NCBI RefSeq assembly: GCF_036389735.1
Contig: NZ_DASVWK010000806.1
Span: forward strand, 538-64,537
Source of the DNA: Archangium sp.
GTDB lineage: Bacteria; Myxococcota; Myxococcia; Myxococcales; Myxococcaceae
Reading direction: 5' to 3'
Length of the DNA: 64,000 nt
Part shown: one piece after another, positions 10,230-18,077 of the stretch
Layout of the letters: every line of letters starts with the position of its first letter
Numbering within the stretch: the first letter of the stretch is position 1
Notes under the pieces: model-generated
The model's input: only the letters and a program-made list of their open reading frames with translations
Told to the model about the DNA's origin: nothing
Database searches by the model: none
Made by a program: the position numbers and the translations under genes

Positions 10230-11617
10230 CGAGGAGGACGCGAGGCCTCGTGGGGCTCGCGCTCGCGGGAGCCCTGGGGCTGAGCGGATGTGCCGGACAC
10301 TCGCGCACGGCAGCCGGTGCCACTCCCGCGGAGGCGCGCGAGGCCGAGGCCCGAATCTCGGAGCACCCGGAGGAGCGGGAGCGACCCGGGGACGAGCAGG
10401 CGGAGCGGGACGCCTTCGCCCGGCGAGCCATCGCGGCCCTGCGCGCGGCCGGCGAGAAGCGGGACATCCAGTACGACGCCGAGGGCTTCCTGCTGCGCGT
10501 GGGGTCCAAGGACGAGAACCCGGGCGAGACGCTGTTCCTGGGCAACTTCTTCGACGAATACCTCGCCCTGGCGCCGGAGGAGCGCAACGAGGTCTTCACC
10601 CAGCTCGTCCGCATGCGGGACAGGCCGATGCTGCCGAAGACGTTCGCCGAGGCCCGGCCGAACCTGCTGCCGGTGGTTCGCGGGCGCACCTTCTTCGAGC
10701 AGCTCCGCATGGTGATGAAGGGAGGCGCCGACAAGCCGGTGCCCATCTCCTGGAAGCCCGTGGGCCCCTTCCTCGGCGCGGGCCTGGCCTTCGACGGGCC
10801 GGACACCCTTCAGTACCTCGGGCCCGAGGAGCTGGGGCGCTGGGGCATCTCCTTCGACGAGGCCTTCACCGTGGCCCTGGAGAACCTGCGCCAGCGCAGC
10901 ACGGAGGGCCTGGAGCAGCTCGCCCCGGGCACCTGTGAGGCCCCCTGGGAGGACAACTACGCGACCTCCCGCCTGCTGCTCGACGAGGTGGTACGCCGCT
11001 GCCGGGTGCGGGGAGAGCCCGTGGTGGTGGCGCCCCACCGCGACGTGCTCCTCATCACCGGCTCCGAGGACGAGGACGGACAGCGCCGGGTGGCCGAGAA
11101 ATCCCTGCGCGCGGTGATGGCCCCGCGTGCGCTGGATGGTCGCGCCCTGCGCCTCACCGCCAAGGGCTGGGTGCCCTTCATGCCCGAGCGGCTCAGCAAT
11201 GCCTGGGGGGACTTCCGCAAGCTGGAGCTCTTCACCCGGGCGCGCGACTACGACGAGCAGACGCAGCGGCTGGAGAAGCTCCACGAGGAGCGGGGCGAGG
11301 ACGTCTTCGTGGCCACCTACACCCCGTACCAGGACGAGCACGGACGAAGCATCAGCTACGCCGTCTGGTTGAAGGGCGTGGACACCCTCCTGCCCAAGAC
11401 CGAGGTCATCTTCTTCATGGACCCGGCGCGCGGCGAGGAGGCCCCACCGGTGGGCATCGCCCGGTGGGACGAGGTGGCGAAGGTGTTGGGAGATCTGCTC
11501 GTACCGGTGGAGGGGCTCTACCCGGAGCGCTACCGGGTGAAGGGCTTCCCCACCGGGGAACAGCTCTCCGGGTGGCAGAACGACCCCGGCGAGCTGTTCG
11601 ACGAGGACGGGCCCTGA
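10226..11617 (+). CDS. Lipoprotein, DUF1444/YtpQ-like domain
   Basis: Lipobox LSGC; LLPVVR...AFDGPD...ALENLR...DNYATSRLLL...VVAPHRDVLLIT pattern recalls DUF1444; ATGA overlap with the upstream gene. Confidence 0.65.
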   Translation: MTRRTRGLVGLALAGALGLSGCAGHSRTAAGATPAEAREAEARISEHPEERERPGDEQAERDAFARRAIAALRAAGEKRDIQYDAEGFLLRVGSKDENPGETLFLGNFFDEYLALAPEERNEVFTQLVRMRDRPMLPKTFAEARPNLLPVVRGRTFFEQLRMVMKGGADKPVPISWKPVGPFLGAGLAFDGPDTLQYLGPEELGRWGISFDEAFTVALENLRQRSTEGLEQLAPGTCEAPWEDNYATSRLLLDEVVRRCRVRGEPVVVAPHRDVLLITGSEDEDGQRRVAEKSLRAVMAPRALDGRALRLTAKGWVPFMPERLSNAWGDFRKLELFTRARDYDEQTQRLEKLHEERGEDVFVATYTPYQDEHGRSISYAVWLKGVDTLLPKTEVIFFMDPARGEEAPPVGIARWDEVAKVLGDLLVPVEGLYPERYRVKGFPTGEQLSGWQNDPGELFDEDGP

Positions 11618-11630
11618 CTCGGGCCCGTCC
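11605..11630. terminator. GC-rich hairpin between convergent genes (possible bidirectional terminator)
   Basis: GGACGGGCCC-TGACTC-GGGCCCGTCC, a perfect 10-bp stem; no U-tract. Confidence 0.4.
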
Positions 11631-11635
11631 CCCGC

Positions 11636-12994
11636 TCACTGCCTGCCCTTCACGTCCGCCAGCTTCTTCTCGAGGGCCGCCACCTGGCGCTGCGAGGCCT
11701 GCGCCTCGGAGAGCGTCTTCGCGTAGGCGAGCGCCTCCTCCAGGGTACGTACCGCCGCGTCCCGCTCGCCCCGGGCGAGGTGGATGTCCGCCCGGTCCGA
11801 GAGGACGCGCAGCCGCCGGCCTCCCCGCACCTTCGCCAGGGCCCGGGTGCTCGCCGCCAGCGCATCGTCCAGCCGGCCCAGTCGCCGGTAGAGGTTGGCC
11901 AGCCGCGCGGGCGGGTTGTAGTCGTTCAGCAGGTCCCGCTCGCTCTGCTCGATGGCCGGCACCACCCGCATCAGGTCGCCCAGCACCAGCGCGGCGCTGA
12001 TGCGGTGCGAGTCGAACACCGTGCGCGCCTCCGGCGTCGGGGCCCGAGCGGCCTCGCCTTCGAGGAAGGTGAGCCACTGCTCGGCGAGTGCCTTCGTGCC
12101 GGGCTCGTCCTTCGCGGCCAGCCGGGCCTGGACGAGCACGTCGTACACGCCCGAGCGGTCATCCCCGGGCATGGCGATACCGGCGGAGAGCGCCTCGCGG
12201 GCCCTCGCCTCCAGTGACGTCCTCAGCGCCTTCACCTCCGAGGGGTCGGCATCGTCCGGCACCTCCAGCGCGCAGGACAGCCCGAGGGCCGCCGCATTGG
12301 CCCACGAGGCCGAGTGCGGCACCTTGGACAGCTCCGCCAACGCCGTGCGGGCACAGTCCTCGTACCGATGGGCCCCGTACTGCGCGACGAGGAGGGACTC
12401 CAGCGTGCGGCCACGGCGGGACCACTCCGCCGGAGCCTCGGCCAGCGCCTGGGCGAGCACGTCCGCCGCCTCGGCTGACTTGCCCTCACCATAGAGGGCG
12501 TCGCCGCGCGCCAGCAGCCCCTCGGGGCCCTGGGTCACGCCGCGCCAGGCGCGCTCCCCGTCCTCGAAGAGCTTCTCGAGCTGGGAAACGGTGGCGCTGC
12601 CCGCGAAGCGCACGAGGGCCTTCTCCTCCCTCGCATCGATGATGAAGAGGGTGGGCCAGTTTTCGACCGGGTACTTCTCCAGGAACTCCGCGTTACCAGG
12701 AACGTCCGTGTTGAGCTCGAGCCAGACGAACCGTCCGGCGTGCCGCGCGAGCGCCTCGTCCGTGAAGACGAAGGCGCGCATCGAGCGGCAGGTGTGTCAC
12801 CACGGGGCCCAGGTATCAACGAAGAGGGGCAATCCCCTCGACTTCGCCTCCGACAGGGCACGCGAGTAGTCATCCTCGATGAATGGCAGGGCGGCCCGGG
12901 CATGCGCCGCCGGCGGCTCGGACACGGCCGAGGTCCGCGAGGCGGTGCAGGCCAGCAGGCCCACCACGAGCAGGCTGGAGATGGGGAGTCGCAT
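11636..12994 (-). CDS. Thioredoxin-fold/TPR lipoprotein with in-frame TGA in the redox motif (UxxC); probable selenoprotein, 452 aa with readthrough
   Basis: ORFs 12797..12994 and 11636..12781 are in the same frame and read GAT ACC TGG GCC CCG TGG TGA CAC ACC TGC CGC TCG ATG = DTWAPW*HTCRSM. Lipobox LLAC, ALSEAKSRGLPLFVD thioredoxin lead-in, cis-Pro motif WPT, then helical TPR-like repeats. Confidence 0.8.
12751..12777 (-). promoter_or_regulatory. Candidate bacterial SECIS hairpin 3' of the UGA
   Basis: mRNA GCGCCUUCGUC-UUCACG-GACGAGGCGC: 10-bp stem with one bulged U, starting 20 nt after the UGA, loop about 30 nt after the UGA. Confidence 0.5.
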
Positions 12995-13115
12995 CAGCCC
13001 GGCACCCTACTCCGCGAGCAGGCAGGGGTGAAGGCATGTCGCGTCTGAACCCACAACCGTCCCCGAGGTTCTGTATGGTATCGGCACACCCCATTCACCT
13101 CGTGCAGTGAGCCCC

Positions 13116-14483
13116 ATGAGCGGCCGAGTCCTTCTCATCGACGATGACCCGAGCATGGTGGAGCTGCTGCAAGCGCGCCTCACGCGGCGCGGCTTCACCG
13201 TCTCCACCCTCACCGATTCCCAGGCGGCCCTGCCCCTGCTGATGGAGCAGCCCTTCGACGTGGTCCTCACGGACCTGAACATGCAGGGGCTGAGCGGCAC
13301 GGAGCTGTGCGAGCGCGTGGTGGCCAACCTGCCGGACCTCCCGGTGGTGGTGGTGACGGCCTTTGGCAGCATGGAGACGGCCGTGGCGGCCATCCGCGCG
13401 GGCGCCTACGACTTCATCACCAAGCCGGTGGAGATGGACGCGCTGGTGCACACGCTCACCCGCGCCGTGCAGCACCGCCACCTCAAGGGCGAGGTGGTGC
13501 GCCTGACGAAGGTCGTCACCGAGTCGCAGCGCCTGGGAGGACTGCTCGGCTCCAGCCCGCCGATGCGCAAGGTGTACGACCTGCTCACGCGCATCGCGGA
13601 CTCGGAAGCCACGGTGCTCATCAACGGCGAGAGCGGCACGGGCAAGGAGTTGGTGGCGCGGGCGCTGCACGAGAAGAGCCGGCGTGCCTCGGGGCCCTTC
13701 GTGGCCGTCAACTGCGCGGCCATGCCCGAGTCCCTGCTGGAGAGCGAGCTGTTCGGCCACGCCAAGGGCGCCTTCACGGACGCCAAGTCGGCACGCTCGG
13801 GCCTCTTCGTGCAGTCTCATGGCGGCACGCTCTTCCTCGACGAGGTGGGGGAGATGCCCCTGGGCCTCCAGCCCAAGCTGCTGCGTGCCCTCCAGGAGCG
13901 CGTGGTGCGTCCGGTGGGCGGGGACCACGAGGTGTCCTTCGACGTGCGCGTGGTGGCCGCCACCAACCGCGACCTGGAGGGCATGGTGGAGGAGAACCGC
14001 TTCCGCGAGGACCTCTACTACCGCCTCAACGTGGTGCAGATGGAGCTGCCGCCGCTGCGCGCGCGCGGTGGGGACATCCTGCTGCTGGCCCAGCACTTCA
14101 TCGAGCACTTCGCCGCCCGCGCCAACAAGCGGGTGACGGGCCTCAACGAGACCGTGGCAGAACGGTTGATGAGCTACAGCTGGCCCGGCAACGTACGCGA
14201 GCTGCGCAACTGCATCGAGCGCGCGGTGGCCGTCACCGTCACCGAGCGCCTCACGGTGGAGGACCTGCCGGAGAAGATTCGCGCCTACCGCCCCTCACAG
14301 CAGGTGGTGGTAGCCAGTGGAGACCACTCGGAGCTCACCACCCTGGAGGAGGTCGAGCGCCGCTACATCCTCCGCGTCATGGAGGAGGTGAAGGGCAACA
14401 AGTCGCTGGCCGCGCAGATTCTCGGGCTGGACCGCAAGACGCTCTACCGCAAGCTGGACCGCATCAAGGGCTCGGCGGAGTAG
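13116..14483 (+). CDS. Sigma-54-dependent response regulator (NtrC family; receiver-AAA+-Fis HTH)
   Basis: LLIDDD/LTDLNM receiver; GESGTGKE Walker A; ESELFGH, GAFTDA, LFLDEVG; C-terminal GNKSLAAQILGLDRKTLYRKL. Confidence 0.95.
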   Translation: MSGRVLLIDDDPSMVELLQARLTRRGFTVSTLTDSQAALPLLMEQPFDVVLTDLNMQGLSGTELCERVVANLPDLPVVVVTAFGSMETAVAAIRAGAYDFITKPVEMDALVHTLTRAVQHRHLKGEVVRLTKVVTESQRLGGLLGSSPPMRKVYDLLTRIADSEATVLINGESGTGKELVARALHEKSRRASGPFVAVNCAAMPESLLESELFGHAKGAFTDAKSARSGLFVQSHGGTLFLDEVGEMPLGLQPKLLRALQERVVRPVGGDHEVSFDVRVVAATNRDLEGMVEENRFREDLYYRLNVVQMELPPLRARGGDILLLAQHFIEHFAARANKRVTGLNETVAERLMSYSWPGNVRELRNCIERAVAVTVTERLTVEDLPEKIRAYRPSQQVVVASGDHSELTTLEEVERRYILRVMEEVKGNKSLAAQILGLDRKTLYRKLDRIKGSAE

Positions 14484-14486
14484 CGC

Positions 14487-15071
14487 ATGGCGGGGACGGC
14501 GGAGCCCTGGCTGGGGCGGGTGGTGGCCGGGCGCTACCGGGTGACGGGGAAGCTCGGCCGTGGCGGCATGGGGACGGAGTACGAGGCCGAGCACTGTCGC
14601 GGCGAGGTGCTCGACGGACGCGCGGACCTGTACGCCGTGGGGGCCTGCTGCACGAGCTGCTCGTGGGCCGGGCTCCCTTCGGGGACTCGCCCGCCGTGGA
14701 GGTGATGAGCAGCCACCTCTACCGCCCGCCTCCGCCCGTGCGCCAGCTCCTGCCGGAGCGACACCTCCCCGAGGCGCTGGAGACGCTGGTACTCGCGTGT
14801 CTCGCCAAGGCGAAGGCCCAGCGTCCGGCGAACGCCCGGGAGTTGGCCGCCCGGTTGCGAGAATCACTGGCGCCCCCGGCTCCCGCTCGCGGTGAGGGCA
14901 AGAGGCAGGAGCGCGCCCGGGTTCCGTCCGCCGCCGCACCCGCCGCGCCCTCGGCGGACGTGCTCGCTGTCGCGCGTCGTCGCCAGCGGCGTGTACGACT
15001 ACGTGCCCCTCCCCGTGGACCCCACGGACCTGGGCCGGAAGGTGGCTCGCGCGCTGCGCTCGCGCCGCTGA
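14487..15071 (+). pseudogene. Internally deleted Ser/Thr protein kinase-receiver fusion pseudogene
   Basis: GRYRVTGKLGRGGMGxxYEAEH (subdomain I) joins directly to CRGEVLDGRADLYAVG (IX) at about 14594. A frameshift at about 14643 leads into LLHELLVGRAPF...ACLAK...RP (X-XI), then DVLAV jumps to a receiver tail GVYDYVPLPVDPTDLGRKVARALRSRR* in another frame. Confidence 0.8.
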
Positions 15072-15190
15072 GCCCACGGCATGTAGGACTGCGGCGGATC
15101 GCCTCAGTCCCCAAATGCCGCACCGACGCGACCGAGGCGGAACGCCACATCCGCGCCCCGCGCGCCCTGTCCCGCTCCGAGGGAGGCACG

Positions 15191-15208
15191 TTGGCACGTC
15201 CGTCGCAA
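15191..15208 (+). promoter_or_regulatory. Sigma-54 (-24/-12) promoter
   Basis: TTGGCACGtccgTCGCAA versus consensus YTGGCACG-N4-TTGCW (one mismatch, correct GG/GC spacing), just upstream of ATG 15221. Confidence 0.55.
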
Positions 15209-15220
15209 CGTGAGTCCGTC

Positions 15221-15450
15221 ATGAATGACATCGTTGGCTACGTCTCGAACCATTCCGGTCTGAGCCCCGAGGTCGCGCGACTCGCCGTCTCCCTGATGAT
15301 GGACTACGCGCGCCGCCTGTCCCCCCGAGATGGGCGAAGTGCTCGACATCGGGCTCGGCACTTCGAACCTCAAGCCGGACCAGGTGACCCGCCTCTTGAG
15401 TGGCTTCACGGGAATGCTCGGCACGTCCCCCTCGCCGGGCAGGAGTGAAG
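15221..15450 (+). pseudogene. Probable remnant of a small helical protein gene (frameshifted/deleted)
   Basis: MNDIVGYVSNHSGLSPEVARLAVSLMMDYARRL continues plausibly only in another frame (GEVLDIGLGTSNLKPDQVTRLLSGFTGMLG). Confidence 0.4.
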
Positions 15451-15583
15451 CCAGTGGGAGCCGGCCTGGGGGAGCCTCCCCCTGCCCCCAGGCCGACGTC
15501 CCGCGCATCCGTCCAGGGCCGACACACCTGACACGTCTCCCGTGGGCATCCGGCCCGGCACGTGCTGTCCTCCGGGCCACCGG

Positions 15584-17326
15584 ATGAACGACCTCGCCCA
15601 CCTGCACACCACCCTCGAATCCGCCCGCGACGCCCTCCCGCTCCCCGAGCGCTTTCCGGAGGCCGCCGACGCGGACACCGCCCGCCGACTCCTGGAGCGG
15701 CTGCGGCGCGACCTGATACCCCGACTCGGCGGCGCGGACGCCCCCCTGCTGCTGGTGGCCATCGCCGGGCCGAACAACGTGGGCAAGTCCACCCTCTTCA
15801 ACGCCCTGGTGGGCACGCCCCTCTCCCCGGCCCGTCCCGAGGGAGGCCTCACCAAGCAGTGCCTCGCCGCCGCGCACCCCGACTCGTGGACGGGCTCGCT
15901 CAAGGACTTCCTCACCAGCCGCTACGACATCGTCACCGTGGCCTCGGGCGAGGCCGCGCCGGTGGACCAACCGGGCCCGTCCGGGCGCCTCTACCTCGTG
16001 CTCGCGGAGGCGGTGCCCCGGGGACTGGTGGTGATGGACACACCGGACTTCGACAGCGTCTACCGTGACAACCGCGAGCGCGCCGAGGCCCTGCTCGTCA
16101 CCGTGGACGTGCTCGCCTTCGTCGTCAGCCGGCAGACGTACCAGAACGCCGCGCTGGTGGACTTCCTGCGCGCCGCCGTGGGCCACGGGCGCCCCTACCT
16201 CCTCGTCTACAACGAGTCCACCCGCGAGGAGGTGGCGCGCGGCCACCTGGAGAAGCTGGCCTCGGACGTGGGCCACCCGCCCCTGGCGCGCTACCTCGCC
16301 CCGCACCAGCCGGAGGTGGAGGCCGGGGAGAAGCCCCTCGCTACGCACCCGTTGGATGCCGCGCCCCGGCTCGCCACGCTGCTGGGTGAGGCCGAGCATG
16401 CCCGCGCCCTCAAGGCCCAGGCGCTGGCCGCCTCGCTGCGGGACGCGCGCGCGGAGATGGAGCAATTGGCCCGGGCCGCCACCAGCGCGGCCCACGGGCC
16501 CGAGCGGCTGCGCCAGCGCGTGCGGCACGAGCTGCTCACGGTGGGGGCGCACGCGGCCCTCAAGGCGGTGCCCGCGGACGTGCTCATCGAGGCCTTCCGC
16601 GATGAATTGGACGCGCGCAGCGCCTTCCACCGCTACGTGCGCCTGCCCTTCCGGGGAGTGGCCACCGCCCTCACCTTCCTCTCGCGCCAGGTGCGCCGCT
16701 CCTTCACGGGCCCCGAGCCCACCGCCGCCCCGGTGCTCCAGGTGACGGACGACACCCTCCGAGACGGGGTACGCCGGTTGGTGGAGGTGTTCGCCCCGGA
16801 GGTGGCCGCATGGCATGGGGACGCGCGGACGCGCGAGCTGCTCGCGGAGAGCTTCGGGCCCGCCAATCTTGCGCGTCTGGACGAGCCCCTGGGCTTCGAC
16901 GCCCTGCACGCCCACGCGGCGGACCGGGCCAGCCTCTACGGCTTCTGCCGGGGGATGGTGGCCACCGAGCTCGAGGGCGGCATGCGCGAGGAGCTGCTCC
17001 AGGCCCTCACCACGCTCGTCTACTCCGTGCCCTCGGGGGCCGCCGCGGCGGTGACGGTGGCCACGGGCGGCTTCGGCCATGACGCCGTCATCTGGGCCGG
17101 CACGCTCCTGTCCACGCCCTTGATGGAGCGCTTCGTGGACATGCTGGGCGCGGACGTGCGCGAGCGCGTCACCCGCAGGTGGGCCGAGGCCCACGGCGCC
17201 ACCCTCGCCCAGGCCCTGGAGCAGCGCTTCTTCACGGCCCTGCTCGGCCACCTCGACACGCAGGTGGCGCAGTGGGAACGCACCGCTTCCGCCCTCTCCG
17301 AGACGACCCGACGGCTCTCCCACTGA
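15584..17326 (+). CDS. Dynamin-like/MMR_HSR1-type GTPase with C-terminal hydrophobic segment
   Basis: G1 GPNNVGKST, G3 DTPDFDS, G4-like VYNES; helical body; AAAAVTVATGGFGHDAVIWAGTLL membrane-like stretch. Confidence 0.85.
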   Translation: MNDLAHLHTTLESARDALPLPERFPEAADADTARRLLERLRRDLIPRLGGADAPLLLVAIAGPNNVGKSTLFNALVGTPLSPARPEGGLTKQCLAAAHPDSWTGSLKDFLTSRYDIVTVASGEAAPVDQPGPSGRLYLVLAEAVPRGLVVMDTPDFDSVYRDNRERAEALLVTVDVLAFVVSRQTYQNAALVDFLRAAVGHGRPYLLVYNESTREEVARGHLEKLASDVGHPPLARYLAPHQPEVEAGEKPLATHPLDAAPRLATLLGEAEHARALKAQALAASLRDARAEMEQLARAATSAAHGPERLRQRVRHELLTVGAHAALKAVPADVLIEAFRDELDARSAFHRYVRLPFRGVATALTFLSRQVRRSFTGPEPTAAPVLQVTDDTLRDGVRRLVEVFAPEVAAWHGDARTRELLAESFGPANLARLDEPLGFDALHAHAADRASLYGFCRGMVATELEGGMREELLQALTTLVYSVPSGAAAAVTVATGGFGHDAVIWAGTLLSTPLMERFVDMLGADVRERVTRRWAEAHGATLAQALEQRFFTALLGHLDTQVAQWERTASALSETTRRLSH

Positions 17327-17336
17327 GCACCCACCG

Positions 17337-17358
17337 TGTCAGACCCTCCCTTCATAGT
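17337..17358 (+). promoter_or_regulatory. TGTCRG-N10-(T/C)AnnnT promoter-like motif (RecA-NDp/PafBC-like)
   Basis: TGTCAG-ACCCTCCCTT-CATAGT immediately after the GTPase stop, oriented toward the XRE gene. Confidence 0.35.
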
Positions 17359-17598
17359 GTGTCTACCCGCAACTCGAGGGACACAGGCGGCGGGTGGGAG
17401 TGCTTCGCACATGGTTGTTGTGAGGGACGGGACGAGGTCGGCGTGGGGTGGTATGGCGTCGGGTCCGGACCCTCGCGAAGGCGGGTAGGGAACAGGGTGA
17501 CTTTAGAAATAGGGTCGAAGAAGTGACCTTTACAGTCCTGTTCCGACAACCTGATGCGTCGTATTCCGGCTTGCCTACATCGTAGGGTGGGTCGAGGA

Positions 17599-17961
17599 AT
17601 GGACAAGAAACTGGCGAAGACGATTGGGGAAGCCGCTCGGACGGCGCGTCTGCGTGCGCAGCTCACCCAGGCGGATGTGGCGGAAATGGTGGACCTGGTC
17701 ACGGAGGTGTACGGACGAATCGAGCGCGGCGGCATGGTCCCGAGCGTGCCGACGCTGCTGCGGCTGTGCCGGGCACTGAGGATTTCCGCGGACGAACTGC
17801 TGGGGCTGGCGGGACCGGATGGAGCCTTGCGGCTCGCCGAGCCGGCGGGCGAGCAGGGAGAGAAGCCCGAGGTGCGCGCGGTGCTGCGAGTGCTTCGCCA
17901 GCTCGACTCCGGGCAGATCAAGCTGCTGGGTCGGGTGGCCGTGGCGTTGAAGAAGGAGTAG
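17599..17961 (+). CDS. XRE-family HTH transcriptional regulator
   Basis: ATG after GAGG; LTQADVAEMVDLVTEVYGRIERGGMVPSVPTLLRLCRAL HTH_3 signature typical of myxobacterial XRE paralogs. Confidence 0.9.
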   Translation: MDKKLAKTIGEAARTARLRAQLTQADVAEMVDLVTEVYGRIERGGMVPSVPTLLRLCRALRISADELLGLAGPDGALRLAEPAGEQGEKPEVRAVLRVLRQLDSGQIKLLGRVAVALKKE

Positions 17962-18077
17962 GCGTCGCCCGCTTGCTAGTGGCCGAGGCGGAAGCCGGGT
18001 ACACTTCCGTCCTACCCCCCACAGTGTTCCCGGCGTTAACTTGACCTCCGAAGTTGGCCGGGGAATCCTCCAGGCCA

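Noticed and set aside
12797-12994. Independent 65-aa lipoprotein, or simple nonsense pseudogene
   Set aside because: The stop is TGA precisely at the catalytic Cys position and the frame continues intact with a downstream hairpin. Sec readthrough is more parsimonious, though not proven.
13307-15448. 713-aa ORF as a real gene
   Set aside because: Alternate frame of the sigma-54 regulator that happens to run into kinase pseudogene fragments and the 15221 remnant.
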